A stretch of DNA of 64,000 nt from Vulcanimicrobiota bacterium (GCA_963820825.1 CAWGBN010000009.1:1-64000); one strand, 5' to 3'; shown: positions 46,274 to 57,835, counted from the first letter of the stretch. Notes: a model not told the origin generated them from the letters alone. A program made the numbers and translations.

Positions 46274-46534
46274 TCAGGCCGCCGGCCGGCCTCGTACGAG
46301 GCGCAAGAGCCAGAGCAGAACGATCGCACCGATCAGCGCGCAGACCATGCTGGCAAGGTTGAAGCCCGTGACGCCGGTATGTCCGAAGAAGCCGTAGACC
46401 CAGCCGCCGATCACCGCGCCGAGTATGCCGACGATGACGTCCGCGATGATCCCGCCGGGCGCTTCGCCGGGCACGAGCCAACGCGCGACGAGACCGACGA
46501 TCAGGCCGAAGACGATCCAGGCAAGAATCCCCAT
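46274..46534 (-). CDS. GlsB/YeaQ/YmgE transglycosylase-associated membrane protein
   Basis: MGILAWIVFGLIVGLVARWLVPG signature. Confidence 0.9.
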   Translation of the reverse strand: MGILAWIVFGLIVGLVARWLVPGEAPGGIIADVIVGILGAVIGGWVYGFFGHTGVTGFNLASMVCALIGAIVLLWLLRLVRGRPAA

Positions 46535-46606
46535 TACCGTGCTCCCTTCTTCCGCTGCACAAGGGGTAAAGGGACGATACGCCCCTCCGGTGCAGGTTTA
46601 CCCATT

Positions 46607-47308
46607 ATGAAGCGTACTTTCATTTGCCTGCTCGCAGCATTCGCCGTCGCAACGTCCAGCGTTGCGGCAGCGCAGTCGAGTGCGACAGAAGTCACCGCGT
46701 CGGGAAACGGCAGCGTCTCCCTTCCTCCGGACGTCGCGACGCTCGACGTCGCCGTCGAAACGAACGCGCCGAATGCCGGCGACGCGACCTCGCAAAACAA
46801 CGCCCGCTACGACCGCATCGTCGCCGCGCTCGAAAAGCTCGGCATCGCGCGCAGCGACGTCGCGCTGACCTATTACAACGTGAGCTTTAATCCGCCGCCG
46901 CGCGTCACCTCGCCGACGTCGAGCGAACGCTATGGCTATACCGTCTCGCGCAACTTTTCCGTGAAGGTGCGGGAGATCGCATCGGCCGGACGCGTCAGCG
47001 ACGCGTGCACTTCCGCCGGTGCGACCGCGATCAACGGGGTCAGCTTCGGTCTGGCCGACCCAACCACGGCGCGGCGCGAAGCGACGGCGAAAGCCGTTGC
47101 CGAAGCCCGCGCAAACGCCGACGCCGTCGCCGCGGCGGCCGGATTGCGCATCGTCGGTATCAAGAGCATCGACCTCAACGGTGCTGGGCCGGGTCCGGTG
47201 CCGATGATGCGGATGGCCGCGACCGCGAACGCCGCACCGACCCAGTTCGATCAGTCCAACGTCAACGTCACCGTATCGATCAGCGTCGTCTTCCTGGCCG
47301 AGCCCTGA
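46607..47308 (+). CDS. SIMPL (DUF541) domain protein
   Basis: Signal peptide, GNGSVSLPPD, AVAEARANA. Confidence 0.85.
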   Translation: MKRTFICLLAAFAVATSSVAAAQSSATEVTASGNGSVSLPPDVATLDVAVETNAPNAGDATSQNNARYDRIVAALEKLGIARSDVALTYYNVSFNPPPRVTSPTSSERYGYTVSRNFSVKVREIASAGRVSDACTSAGATAINGVSFGLADPTTARREATAKAVAEARANADAVAAAAGLRIVGIKSIDLNGAGPGPVPMMRMAATANAAPTQFDQSNVNVTVSISVVFLAEP

Positions 47309-47348
47309 GGCCGCCGAAACCCCGCGGCGGTGCGCGGAGTAGACGAGG

Positions 47349-49286
47349 GTGATGGACCGACTCTGCGAAGGCTGCGGGAAGTTCCCGGCAGCGGTATCCT
47401 TTGGTGGACGACGCCTTTGCGCGGCCTGCGCGCAGAAGCGCACGATGACGAGCGCTCTGCCGTTCGTCGGGGCGGCGCTCGCCGCGGCCGGATTGATCGC
47501 CGGCAGCGCGTTTCTCGCCGAGAAGATGCAGGGCGGTGAGAGCAAACCGTCTCCGCTCGACGAGCTCGGCCGGCGCTTTCGCGGCGGCACGCCGACGCTG
47601 GCCGCCTTCTCACGCGACTTAACCGAGCTCGCGCGCGAAGGAAAGCTCGATCCCGTGATCGGGCGCGATACGGAGATCGATCGGATCGTTTCGATTTTGG
47701 CGCGCCGCAGCAAGAACAATCCCTGCCTGGTCGGCGAACCGGGCGTCGGAAAGACCGCGATCGTCGAAGGACTCGCGCGGCGAATCGTCTCGGGCGATGC
47801 TCCGGCGTCGTTGCGAGGCAAACGCATTCTCGCGCTATCGCTCGGCGGTTTGGTCGCAGGAACGAAGTATCGCGGCGAGTTTGAAGGGCGCGTCAAGCGG
47901 ATTCTCGACGAAGTCAAGCGCAGCGCTCGCGACGTCGTGCTCTTCATCGACGAACTGCACACGCTCGTCGGCGCGGGCGCCGCCGAAGGCGCGCCGCTCG
48001 ACTTGAGCACGATGATCAAGCCGGAGCTAGCCCGCGGCGATCTGCAATGCATCGGCGCGACAACCTTCGACGAATACCGCAAGTACGTCGAGTCCGACGC
48101 CGCGCTCGAACGCCGCTTCCAACCCGTCATGGTCGAGGAACCTACCATCGAGGCGACGATCGAGATTCTTCGCGGATTGCGCGAACGCTACGCGCGCCAT
48201 CACCACGTGACGATCGACGAATCGGCAATCGAATCGGCCGCGCACCTTTCGGCCCGTTATATCGCCGATCGCTTCTTGCCCGACAAGGCGATCGACCTCA
48301 TCGACGAAGCGGCCGCGTCGGTCGCCCTAGCCAACAGAGGTTCGGTCGAGTATCCGAGCGTGCGCAGCGAGGACGTCGCCGCCGTGGTGACGCGCTGGAC
48401 CGGCATCCCGCAATCATCGCTCACCGAGTCGCAGGCGGGACGGTTGCTCGATCTCGAGCGCCTGCTCCGGCAGCGCGTCATCGGTCAGGATCACGCGATC
48501 GCCTCGGTCTCCGAAGCGATCCGGCGCGCGCGCACCGGCCTGCACGATCCGCGCAAGCCGCTGGGCAGCTTTCTCTTCCGGGGCCCGAGCGGCGTCGGCA
48601 AGACCGAGCTTGCCAAGACGCTCGCCGAAGTACTCTTCGGAAGCGACGCCGCATTGGTGCGCGTCGATCTCTCCGAGTTCACCGAGCCGCACACCATCTC
48701 GCGACTCCTCGGCGCTCCGCCCGGATATGCGGGTCACGACGAACCGGGCCAGCTCACCGAGCCCGTTCGCCGGCGCCCCTATTGCGTCGTGCTCTTCGAT
48801 GAAGTCGAGAAGGCCCACCCGGACGTGGCCTCGATCCTACTGCAAATTCTCGACGACGGCCGGTTGACCGACTCCAAAGGGCGCACGATCGACTTCCGCC
48901 ACGCGCTGATCATTCTTACGACGAACCTCGAAGACGACGAGCTTGGCGTGGCGTTTCGCGCCGAACTTCTCGACCGCATCGACGAGATCGTCCCGTTCCG
49001 CGAACTCGGCCTGGAGCAGATCGAAGCGATCGTTACGATCCACGTCGACGCGCTCGCGGAGCGTCTGGGCGCCCGCAACGTGACGCTGAACCTCTCGGAC
49101 GAAGCGAAGCTCTATCTAGCGCGCGTCTCGATGGCCGCGGGCAGCGGCGCGCGCTACGTTCAGCGTACCGTTTCGCACTACGTATCGACGCCGCTCTCGA
49201 CCGCGCTGTTGCGCGGCGAGCTGCGCGACGGCTGCGGCGCCGAGGTGACGCTCGAGGGCGACGCGCTGCGCGTTCGCGCCGCTTAA
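47349..49286 (+). CDS. Class I Clp/Hsp100 AAA+ ATPase with atypical N-terminus
   Basis: [41 protein letters not shown]. Confidence 0.9.
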   Translation: MMDRLCEGCGKFPAAVSFGGRRLCAACAQKRTMTSALPFVGAALAAAGLIAGSAFLAEKMQGGESKPSPLDELGRRFRGGTPTLAAFSRDLTELAREGKLDPVIGRDTEIDRIVSILARRSKNNPCLVGEPGVGKTAIVEGLARRIVSGDAPASLRGKRILALSLGGLVAGTKYRGEFEGRVKRILDEVKRSARDVVLFIDELHTLVGAGAAEGAPLDLSTMIKPELARGDLQCIGATTFDEYRKYVESDAALERRFQPVMVEEPTIEATIEILRGLRERYARHHHVTIDESAIESAAHLSARYIADRFLPDKAIDLIDEAAASVALANRGSVEYPSVRSEDVAAVVTRWTGIPQSSLTESQAGRLLDLERLLRQRVIGQDHAIASVSEAIRRARTGLHDPRKPLGSFLFRGPSGVGKTELAKTLAEVLFGSDAALVRVDLSEFTEPHTISRLLGAPPGYAGHDEPGQLTEPVRRRPYCVVLFDEVEKAHPDVASILLQILDDGRLTDSKGRTIDFRHALIILTTNLEDDELGVAFRAELLDRIDEIVPFRELGLEQIEAIVTIHVDALAERLGARNVTLNLSDEAKLYLARVSMAAGSGARYVQRTVSHYVSTPLSTALLRGELRDGCGAEVTLEGDALRVRAA

Positions 49287-51106
49287 GGTAAGAGCGTCGG
49301 ACCGCCGGCCGTTGCGGGCGAGAGCGCGAGGGCCATCGGCGCGCTGACTCCGTTCGAAATCGTCCCCCAGGATCCCGACGCGTAGGGCGCGGCGTACTCG
49401 GTCACGCTGTTGTTCCCGTAGTTGGCGACGTAGAGATTGCCGCTCGAATCGACCGCGAGCGCGACGGGTTGGCTCTGGCCGCCGACGATCGTGGTCGGCG
49501 AACTCGTATAGGGCGCGGCGTACTCGGTCACCGTATTCGCGCCTTGGTTCGGCACGAAGAGATTCGACGAGACGAGCGCGATCGAGCCTTGCTCGTTGAC
49601 GCCGTTGGTGATCGTCGCGACCGGAGCGCTCGCCTCGCTAAAGGGCGGCGTGAACTCCACGACCGAGCTCGGCGTCGAGTTCAGGTTCGCGACAAAGAGA
49701 TTTCCACGTGCGTCGAGCGCGACGGAGTTGGGCGTATTGAGTCCTCGCGAGATCGTGGTCGGCATGCCGGAGTACGGCGGTGCGTACTCGGCGACCGTAT
49801 TGGCGGCGGAGTTGACGACGAAGAGGTCGGCGGCCGCGTCGAGGGCGAGATCGACCGGATCGTTCACGTTTGCGGTGATGGTCGCGGCCGGGCCGCCGGT
49901 GTAGGGCGGAGAGTAGATCGTCACCGTATTGCTGCCGTTGCCGTTTGCCACGAAGAGACTTCCGCGCGAATCGACGGCGAGCGACTGCGGGTGGTTGATT
50001 CCCTTTACGATCGTCACCGGCCCCTGATTGTACGGCGGCAGATACTCGGTGACGCTGCCCGGTTGATTCGCAACGAAGAGGCCGCCGGCGGCGTCGAAGA
50101 CGAGCGTCTGGGGATTCGTCACGCCGTTCTGGATCGTCGCGAACGGCGTGCTCTGACCGGCGACGTAGAGCGTTACGCTGTTCCCGGCCGAGTTTGCGAC
50201 GGCGAGAATCTGCCGCACGTTGACTCGCGTAGTACTGCTGCAGACCGCGCCCGGTTGCAAGCACGGATTGCCGATACCGTTATAGTTCGTTCCGGCGCGT
50301 AGAATCGCGCTTCCGCTTGCCGCGCTCGAGGGCGTGACGTAGAAGAGATTCGGTGCAATCGCCGACGCTTGCGTGACCACCGAGAGCGATCCGCCGGTTT
50401 GACTGAGCGAGAACGTTGCGCCCGCGCCGCCGACCATGACGTTTTGATTCGCGTCGAGCATCTCGACGAGCAGCGGATGCCTGCCCGCGCCGTAGAGATC
50501 GATCGTGCCCTGCGAGTTCTGCGCGCTCGTTAAGGAGGCTGGAACGACGGCGATCTGCGCGGGCACGCCGCCTAACGTCAGATTGAGCGTGTTGTTCGAT
50601 CCGGGCGAAACGGTGAAGGCGATTGCGGCGCTTCCGATCGTCCCGGTGTAAACGCCCGACGGAAGCGAGAGCGCGAGCTGACACAACGAGCCGCCCGGCG
50701 CCGGCGTGCACCCGGCCGAGTTCGGACCGACGGAGAGGCTCTGGCTGATTGCCGTGGGACCGCTGACGTTGATGGCGAGCGATTGCGATCCAGGCGCCGG
50801 AACCGGCGTGGAGACCGGCGGCGTCGCGGACGCCTGCGCGTTGGGATTCGTTCCCGGAAACGCTCCGACGGGAGGCGGCGTCGGCGCCGGCGCGATCGTC
50901 TTGATTGCCGACGGTGCGGTGGCGCCGGCCGGCACGTAGATTTTAACGACGGTGTTGCCGACTCCGGCGAAACCGCTCGTGCCGCTCGTCCCGGCCGGCA
51001 TGAGGACGTTGCCTTGACTTCCGCCACCGGAACACGCGGCCGCGAACGCCGCCGTCGTCAAGGCGACGGCCGCTCGCACGAGCCGCACGTTCTGCATCCG
51101 GCGCAT
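49283..51106 (-). CDS. NHL-repeat lipoprotein
   Basis: AAAC lipobox; repeated PxxLAxDxxGNLFVAN...VTEYxPPY blades. Confidence 0.8.
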   Translation of the reverse strand: MRRMQNVRLVRAAVALTTAAFAAACSGGGSQGNVLMPAGTSGTSGFAGVGNTVVKIYVPAGATAPSAIKTIAPAPTPPPVGAFPGTNPNAQASATPPVSTPVPAPGSQSLAINVSGPTAISQSLSVGPNSAGCTPAPGGSLCQLALSLPSGVYTGTIGSAAIAFTVSPGSNNTLNLTLGGVPAQIAVVPASLTSAQNSQGTIDLYGAGRHPLLVEMLDANQNVMVGGAGATFSLSQTGGSLSVVTQASAIAPNLFYVTPSSAASGSAILRAGTNYNGIGNPCLQPGAVCSSTTRVNVRQILAVANSAGNSVTLYVAGQSTPFATIQNGVTNPQTLVFDAAGGLFVANQPGSVTEYLPPYNQGPVTIVKGINHPQSLAVDSRGSLFVANGNGSNTVTIYSPPYTGGPAATITANVNDPVDLALDAAADLFVVNSAANTVAEYAPPYSGMPTTISRGLNTPNSVALDARGNLFVANLNSTPSSVVEFTPPFSEASAPVATITNGVNEQGSIALVSSNLFVPNQGANTVTEYAAPYTSSPTTIVGGQSQPVALAVDSSGNLYVANYGNNSVTEYAAPYASGSWGTISNGVSAPMALALSPATAGGPTLLP

Positions 51107-51114
51107 CGACGAAC

Positions 51115-51630
51115 CTAACGCAACGCGTTCTCGATGTCGTCGCGCATCATCGCAGGCGAAAGCTCGCCGACGACGATTTTGCGGACGATGCCGTTGCGAT
51201 CGATGAAGACGTGCACCGGCAGGCCGTTGATTTGGTATTGACCGCGCAGCGTGCCGGTATCGGCGACGACGGGATACGAGAGATGATGCTGGCTTCGAAA
51301 CTCACCGGCCTTATTGGCGTTCTCCAGCACGTCTACGCCGACGACCGCGACGCCGCGCGCGGCAAAACTGCGCGCCAGGGCATCGATCGCCGGCGCCTCT
51401 TCGTTACACGGCGGACACCAGGTGGCAAAGAAGTTCAAGTAGATCGCCTTCCCGTGCAGCGATGCTAGGGAGAGCGTCGGGCCGGGTATGCTCGTCTCGG
51501 TCCACTCCGGCGCAGCCTTCCCGACGTGTGCGATCTGCGGCGCGGCGCTCGAGCCCGCGCCGTCGCCGCGGGCGCAGGCCGCCAGAACGGCGGCAAGGCC
51601 GATGAAGAGGCCGGCGCGTCGCCTATCCAT
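51115..51630 (-). CDS. TlpA family disulfide reductase lipoprotein
   Basis: LAAC, FATWCPPC, GLP. Confidence 0.88.
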   Translation of the reverse strand: MDRRRAGLFIGLAAVLAACARGDGAGSSAAPQIAHVGKAAPEWTETSIPGPTLSLASLHGKAIYLNFFATWCPPCNEEAPAIDALARSFAARGVAVVGVDVLENANKAGEFRSQHHLSYPVVADTGTLRGQYQINGLPVHVFIDRNGIVRKIVVGELSPAMMRDDIENALR

Positions 51631-52540
51631 AGCTCGGATAGCCGATCGCTTGGAGGTCAGACTGCATCTGTTTGACGAGTTCGCCCACGTCGGCAAAAAG
51701 CCGCTGTTCGCGCAGGTAGCGCAGGTCGCGAACGGCGAGCTCGCGCCCGTAGATCGTCTGCTGGAAGTCGCGAAGCCAGGCTTCGACGGTGCGCTCGCCG
51801 CCGCCGAACTGCGGATTGGTCCCGATCGAAACGAGTGCGGGGTAATCGCGCCCGTCATAACGTGCCGTCGCGCAATAGACGCCGTCCTTCGGCAGCAGCT
51901 TCGCCGGAACGCGCAGGTTCGCGGTCGGAAAGCCGAGCGTGTGCCCGCGTCCGGCGCCGATCTCGACCGGGCCGCGAAGCTCGTAGCCGGTGCCGCCGAG
52001 CAGACGATCCGCTTGCCCCAGTTCGCCCCGCTCGACGAGCGCGCGAATCCGCGTACTCGAGATCCGCTCGCCCCCATCGGTCACGGGCTCGACCGGCACG
52101 AGCGCGATGTCGCGTCGAGCGAGCACGTCGCGCATGCAGTCCGACGTCGCCGGCGCGGTGATGCCCAAAGCGGAACGTCGTGCCGACGACCACTCCGCGC
52201 ACCGCCAGCCGCTCGACCAGAATCTCGAGAAACGACTCGGGCGAGAGCGTCGCGATGCGATCGTCGAACTTGACGAAAAAGCACTCTTCGAATCCGGCGC
52301 GCGCGAAGAGCTCGAGACGCTCTTGCGGCGTGCAGAGCAGACGCGGCTCGGTTCCCGGGCGCAAGTGCGCCGCCGGATGGTTGGCAAAGGTGAGCACGTC
52401 CGCAGCGCCATCGCGGTCTGCGTAGTCGCAGCGTCTGCCGCGCAATCTCGCGATGCCCGCGATGGAAACCATCGAAGAACCCGATCGCGAGCACCAACGG
52501 CCGCACGCTCTCGCGCTCGAGATCGTGATAAACTTCTCAC
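51623..52540 (-). CDS. ribF: Riboflavin kinase/FAD synthetase (frameshifted)
   Basis: GFFDGFHRGH, ISSTRIR, GFPTAN. Confidence 0.9.
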   Translation of the reverse strand: MRSLSRSRARERAAVGARDRVLRWFPSRASRDCAADAATTQTAMALRTCSPLPTIRRRTCAREPSRVCSARRKSVSSSSRAPDSKSAFSSSSTIASRRSRPSRFSRFWSSGWRCAEWSSARRSALGITAPATSDCMRDVLARRDIALVPVEPVTDGGERISSTRIRALVERGELGQADRLLGGTGYELRGPVEIGAGRGHTLGFPTANLRVPAKLLPKDGVYCATARYDGRDYPALVSIGTNPQFGGGERTVEAWLRDFQQTIYGRELAVRDLRYLREQRLFADVGELVKQMQSDLQAIGYPSYG

Positions 52541-53432
52541 TCGACGAAGACCTTGCGCGGCGCGAGCAGTGCGCCGAGCGCTTCGCCCACGCCGACGAGG
52601 GTGCGCGATTCGTCGCGCACGAAAACGTGGCGCGCCGCCGCGCCCTCGGGGAGCGGGACGACTCTGCCCGGCGCGAAAGTCGGCCGATTCGCGCAGATCG
52701 AGCACGATCGTCGGAAACGGGATGATGTTCTCCGGCGCGATCAACGCCTCGCGGGGATCGTGCGCGATCTCTTCAAGCGTGCGCGCCTCGTAGAGCACGA
52801 AGGGACCCGAGGCTTCACGCACGAGCGCTCCCATGTAGCGCCGGCAATCCGATCGCCGCGCCGAGATCCTGACAGAGCGTGCGAATGTAGGTTCCCTCGC
52901 TGCAGGCAACGCGCAGCCGCGCGACGCCCTTTCCCGAGCTTGCCGATGTCTCTGCTCCAAGCAGCGTCAGGCCGTAGATCGTGACGGCGCGCGCTTTACG
53001 CTCGACGCTCTTGCCCGCACGCGCCAGCTCGTAGAGCCGCTTCCCTTCGTGGCGCACCGCCGAGTACATCGGCGGCGTCTGTTCGATTCGCCCGACGAAG
53101 GCCGGCAGCGCCGCCTCTAAGAGCGCCGGCCAGTCACCTGGCACCGGCCGCTCTTCGACCGTCTCGCCCAGCGCGTCTTGCGTCGTCGTCGAACGTCCCA
53201 ACACCAACGTGCAGACGTAGCTCTTTCGCTGATCGACGAGCAAGGGAATCAGACGCGTCGCCTTGCCGATCGCAATCGGTAAGACGCCCGCGGCTTGCGG
53301 ATCGAGCGTTCCGAGATGACCCGCACCCAAGCGTCGATCGCCGGCATGCAACGCGTAGATCCGCCGCAGGCGCGCGACCGCATTCGCCGACGTCGGCCCC
53401 GCAGACTTGAAGAGATTGACGAACCCAATCAT
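52537..53432 (-). CDS. truB: tRNA pseudouridine-55 synthase (frameshifted)
   Basis: GHLGTLDP, PPMYSA, CSEGTYIR. Confidence 0.92.
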
Positions 53433-53477
53433 GCAACGTCACAACCCAGAAGTTTTGGTCGACGACCGAAACTTCTA

Positions 53478-54458
53478 TTACAAGCCTTCGGCTACGAGGG
53501 CTTCGTCGACGGCAGCAAATGCTTGCTGCAGCGGTCCGTGATAGGTCAAGCCGGAGGCGCGAAAGTGTCCTCCGCCTCCCAGCCGCTGCGCCGCGGCCTG
53601 CACGTTGATCCGTCCGCTCGAGCGCAAACTTACGCGAATCTCCCCTTCGATCGCCTTGAAGAGCGCGGCGACGTCGACGCCGTCTTGCCCGAGAAGCGTA
53701 TTGACGACGTCCTCGGTATCCTCACCGTCCGCGCCGGTCTTGGCGAGCATCGCATCGTCGACGTACGAGTAGCAGTAACGGCCGGCGTGCTCGAAGCGCA
53801 TCGCCTCGATGACCGAGCCCAAGAGCTTGGTTGCGGCGACGCGTTTGCGCAGGAAGATCTCTTCGGTGATCTCTTCCTTGTCGGCGCCGCGCCGCATCAG
53901 CTCCGCGGCGAGCTCGAGCGCCTCGGGCGTCGTATTGGAGTGCATGAACCCGCCGGTGTCGGTCATGATCGTCGCGAGGATGCAGGTCGCGATGCGGTCG
54001 TCGATCGGTGCGCCGAGCTCGCGCAAGAGGTGCATGACGACCGTCCCCGTCGAGCACTCGCTCTCGAGAACGAAGTTGAGCGAGCCGAAGAGCGAGTTGC
54101 CGAGATGGTGGTCGATGTCGAGCATGTTCTCGCGCGCGACCGGCGGCAGATGCTCGCCGGCGCGCCGCCAGTCGCTCATGTCGCAGAAGACGTAGAGCGT
54201 ATCCTCGGGTAATTCGGGCGGCAACTCGCGCGAGACGAGCTCGGCTTCGGGCAAGAAACGCAGATTGCGTGGTACGCTGTCCTGCTGAAAGTACGCTACG
54301 CGTTTGCCCAAGCGCTTGAGCGCCAATCCGAGCGCCAATCCCGCACCGAGCGTGTCGCCGTCGGGTTTGACGTGACTGACCATGACGAAGGCGCTGCGCC
54401 GGCGTAGCTCGGCGACGACTTCTTGCGCCGAGGCAAGGCGCGGGGTGCTTTCGATCAT
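53478..54458 (-). CDS. nrnA: DHH/DHHA1 phosphoesterase (NrnA-like)
   Basis: HVKPDGD, DHH, TDTGGF, GGGH. Confidence 0.88.
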   Translation of the reverse strand: MIESTPRLASAQEVVAELRRRSAFVMVSHVKPDGDTLGAGLALGLALKRLGKRVAYFQQDSVPRNLRFLPEAELVSRELPPELPEDTLYVFCDMSDWRRAGEHLPPVARENMLDIDHHLGNSLFGSLNFVLESECSTGTVVMHLLRELGAPIDDRIATCILATIMTDTGGFMHSNTTPEALELAAELMRRGADKEEITEEIFLRKRVAATKLLGSVIEAMRFEHAGRYCYSYVDDAMLAKTGADGEDTEDVVNTLLGQDGVDVAALFKAIEGEIRVSLRSSGRINVQAAAQRLGGGGHFRASGLTYHGPLQQAFAAVDEALVAEGL

Positions 54459-54820
54459 TCGTTCTCCTCGAGAGGCACTTGTGCGGCGGCTTCGCGCAGC
54501 GTCTTCGCCAGCGCAATCGCTCGCTCGGCGGAGCGATCCTCAACGAAGATCAGCTCGGGCGTGTGGCGCAGCTCGACCTTGCGCCCGAGCTCTCCACGCA
54601 GGAATCGCCCGGCGTGCTTGAGCGCGTCGAGCGATTGCCGTGCCTGGTGACGGTCGCCGATGACCGAGACGAAGACCTTACAGTGGCGCAGATCGTCGGT
54701 CACCTCGGCGCGCGTGACCGTTACGAAGGCGAGCCTGGGATCTTGCAACTCCTGGGAGATGAGCGTGCCGAGCACGCGCTGGACTTCGTGATCGATCTTC
54801 GCTATGCGCTGTGCCTTCAC
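54455..54820 (-). CDS. rbfA: Ribosome-binding factor A
   Basis: DPRLAFVTVT, LRHTPELIF. Confidence 0.93.
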   Translation of the reverse strand: MKAQRIAKIDHEVQRVLGTLISQELQDPRLAFVTVTRAEVTDDLRHCKVFVSVIGDRHQARQSLDALKHAGRFLRGELGRKVELRHTPELIFVEDRSAERAIALAKTLREAAAQVPLEENE

Positions 54821-57459
54821 GCCCGAACGAGCTCCGGCGCGACGTGCTCGAGCGCGAAGGCTTCGATGACGTCGCCTTCCTTCAGATCTTGGAACTTGGC
54901 GATCTGAATGCCGCACTCGAAGCCTTCGGCGACTTCGCGGACGTCGTCTTTGAATCGCCGCAGACTCTCGATCTCGCCGTCGAATACGACCGCGGCGTCT
55001 CGGATGATGCGCACCTTGGCGTTGCGCGCGATCTTTCCGCTCGTCACGTAGCATCCGACGATCGTGCCGACGCGGCTCACCTTGAACACTTGGCGAACCT
55101 CGGCGCGACCGAGCACGACCTCGCGCTCCACCGGCTTGAGCATGCCGCGCATTGCCTTCTTGAGATCGTCTTCGATCTCGTAGATGACTTGGTAGAAGCG
55201 CAGATCGACGCCTTCGTTCTCGGCCAGGCGGCGAGCCGTCTCGTCGGGACGGATATTGAAGCCGATCAGCACGGCGTTCGAAGCGCTCGCGAGGTTGACG
55301 TCGTTGGGCGAAATCGCGCCGACGCCGCCGTGGATGACGCGAATTTCAACGTCTTCGGTCGAGAGCGATTCCATGCGCGCGCGCAGTGCTTCGAGCGATC
55401 CTTGCCCGTCGGCTTTGATAATGAGGTTGAGCACCTTTCCGCCTTCGGCCGGCATCGACATGAACGTCTCGAGCGAGACGCGCTGGCTTCCCGTTGCCGC
55501 CATTCGCACGTCGCGCCGGCGAGTCGCACGTTTCTCCGCCGTTTCGCGGGCGACGCGCTCGTCGCTGACGACCATCAACATATCGCCTGCGGACGGAACG
55601 TCGGAGAGGCCCATGACCTCGACCGGAATCGACGGGCCGGCTTTTTTGACCTGTTTGCCCTTGTCGTCGATGAGCGCGCGGACTTTTCCGAAGGTGCCGC
55701 CCGCGACGACGATATCGCCGACGCGCAGCGTGCCGTTCTGCACCAGAACGGTTGCAACGGCGCCGCGCCCGCGGTGGAGCGCCGACTCGATGACGACGCC
55801 GCTCGCGCGACGATTCTTGTTCGCACGCAGCTCGCGAATGTCGGCTTCGAGCAGCACGGTGTCGAGGAGCGATTCGATGCCGTCGCCGGTCTTCGCCGAG
55901 ACCGGCACCATTTCGATGGTGCCGCCCCAATCGACGGGCTGCAGACCCTGCTCGACGAGTTGCTGCTTGACGCGATCGGGCTGCGCGTCCGGCCGGTCGA
56001 TCTTATTGATCGCGACGACGATCGGAACGTTCGCCGCTTTGACGTGCGCGATCGCCTCTTTCGTCTGCGGCATGACGCCGTCGTCGGCGGCCACGACGAG
56101 GATCGCGACGTCGGTAACCTTTGCACCGCGGGCGCGCATCGCCGTAAAGGCTTCGTGCCCCGGGGTATCGACGAACGTGATCTTTCGGTCGTTGCGCTCG
56201 ACGGTATAGGCACCGATCTTCTGGGTGATGCCGCCGGCCTCGCCCGCGGCGACGTTCGCTTGGCGGATCCGGTCGAGCAGCGACGTCTTTCCGTGATCGA
56301 CGTGACCGAGAACCGTAACGACCGGCGGACGCGCCGTGAGCATCTCCGGCCGATCCTCTTCCTGCTCGACGGTGACTTCTTCGCCGGCCTCTTTGACGAC
56401 CGCGTTGAAGCCGAAGCGCTTCGCGACTTGAATCGCGACGTCGCTCGAAATGTTTTGATTGATCGTCGCCATCGTGCCGATCTTGATCAGCTCGGTGATC
56501 ACGTCGCGCACCGGAACGATCATCGACGTCGCGAGCTCTTGCACGGTGAGCAGATCGGGAATTTCGATCGTTTCGAGCACGCGCGGCGGCGGAGCGGCGA
56601 CCGACTCGCCTTTCTTTTTGCGATGGCGCTCTTTCTCGAGGAGCAGCTCCTTCTCGCGGTCTTTCTTGGCGGCTGCCTTATCCTCGTGCGTGCGGGCGCG
56701 GTCGCCCGGGCGTCCCCCGGTCGAGGGCGTCGGAAGATCGGTGGTAACGGCACCCGGACGTCCCGGCGCGGGGCGCGCGCCCGGCGTCATCGGGCGGAAG
56801 GGTCCGTTTCCGGCGGGCCGGCGGGGCGGCGAGATGAGTCCGGGAGCGCTCGCGCGGGGCTGAGGCGTCCCTCGGCCGCCCTGTCCGGGCATCGCTTCGC
56901 CGGGCCGCGGGGCGACGCCGGGGCGTCCCGGGAGGCCGCTTCGCGGACCCGGTGAGGCCGAGGCGGCGGTGGCAGGCGGCGGCGGCCGGCGGACGACGGA
57001 GGGCTGTCCGGCCGGAACCGGCCGAAGCGTCGGAATCGATTCCGGCGCCGGACGCGGCGGCGGCTCGGCCCGCGGAGGCGCCGGTTCGGCGGCGGGAGGC
57101 TGCGGCGCGCGAGGCGGCGCTTGGGTCGAGGCGGCCGGGCGGGACGGCGCGCCGGTCACCGGACGAAGACGGGTGATGGGAGGCGGCGGAGGCGTAGCGG
57201 CGGGCTTGGCCGGGGGCTTCGCCGGCGGCGGTGCGGCCGAAACGGGCGGCGGGCTCGCCTTGGGTGCGGCGGGAGCGGCCTTTTCGGCCGGCTTTAGCAA
57301 CACGCTGCGAACCAGATCGGCGATCTGGTCCGGCACGACGCTCAACTGGTTCTTCGCCTCGAAGACCCCGCCCAAACGCTCGTTGAAGAGGGTGGTCAGT
57401 TCCTTCGAGGTGAGCCCGACCTCTTTGGCGAGCTCGAAAATACGTACTTTTCCGGCCAA
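54817..57459 (-). CDS. infB: Translation initiation factor IF-2
   Basis: GHVDHGKT, DTPGHEAF, NKID; Pro-rich N-terminal linker. Confidence 0.97.
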   Translation of the reverse strand: MAGKVRIFELAKEVGLTSKELTTLFNERLGGVFEAKNQLSVVPDQIADLVRSVLLKPAEKAAPAAPKASPPPVSAAPPPAKPPAKPAATPPPPPITRLRPVTGAPSRPAASTQAPPRAPQPPAAEPAPPRAEPPPRPAPESIPTLRPVPAGQPSVVRRPPPPATAASASPGPRSGLPGRPGVAPRPGEAMPGQGGRGTPQPRASAPGLISPPRRPAGNGPFRPMTPGARPAPGRPGAVTTDLPTPSTGGRPGDRARTHEDKAAAKKDREKELLLEKERHRKKKGESVAAPPPRVLETIEIPDLLTVQELATSMIVPVRDVITELIKIGTMATINQNISSDVAIQVAKRFGFNAVVKEAGEEVTVEQEEDRPEMLTARPPVVTVLGHVDHGKTSLLDRIRQANVAAGEAGGITQKIGAYTVERNDRKITFVDTPGHEAFTAMRARGAKVTDVAILVVAADDGVMPQTKEAIAHVKAANVPIVVAINKIDRPDAQPDRVKQQLVEQGLQPVDWGGTIEMVPVSAKTGDGIESLLDTVLLEADIRELRANKNRRASGVVIESALHRGRGAVATVLVQNGTLRVGDIVVAGGTFGKVRALIDDKGKQVKKAGPSIPVEVMGLSDVPSAGDMLMVVSDERVARETAEKRATRRRDVRMAATGSQRVSLETFMSMPAEGGKVLNLIIKADGQGSLEALRARMESLSTEDVEIRVIHGGVGAISPNDVNLASASNAVLIGFNIRPDETARRLAENEGVDLRFYQVIYEIEDDLKKAMRGMLKPVEREVVLGRAEVRQVFKVSRVGTIVGCYVTSGKIARNAKVRIIRDAAVVFDGEIESLRRFKDDVREVAEGFECGIQIAKFQDLKEGDVIEAFALEHVAPELVRA

Positions 57460-57583
57460 GTTCACTCTCGAGCGCATGCGCGCTCGAGTCCCATCAGTTG
57501 GAGTGCGCGGAGCCCCAACCGACGGCTTGGCTCCGCTAGGTAATCAAAGGTTCGCCCTCATCGGAGGGAACGGTCGTCACGCT

Positions 57584-57835
57584 TCATTGCGTTTCATCTC
57601 TTTGCATGGGGCTTCTTATTAAACCATATTCTGCCGCCGTGGCGCCAAGCCCCGGGTAGCGCCGGTTCTTGCGCGCTCGCTCGGCGCATTCCATCGAACA
57701 GAGATAGGCACCGCGCCCCGCCCGCTTGCGCCGCGAGGCTCCGTCGGGCTGCCAGGCACCGGCGATGCGCACGAAGCGAGCGAGTTCCCGCTGCGGAAAC
57801 CGCGCTCGGCAGCCGACGCACGTCCGTATCGGGTC
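57584..57835 (-). CDS. YlxR/RnpM family protein
   Basis: PIRTCVGCR...GRGAYLC; follows nusA; start uncertain. Confidence 0.8.
   Translation of the reverse strand, partial: DPIRTCVGCRARFPQRELARFVRIAGAWQPDGASRRKRAGRGAYLCSMECAERARKNRRYPGLGATAAEYGLIRSPMQRDETQ

Noticed and set aside
49283..50250. Regular repeats resembling an array
   Set aside because: They are NHL propeller blades within one CDS.
54811..56955. Long plus-strand ORF (714 aa) and similar antisense ORFs throughout the window
   Set aside because: These are shadows of high-GC genes on the opposite strand (here infB), with no recognisable motifs.
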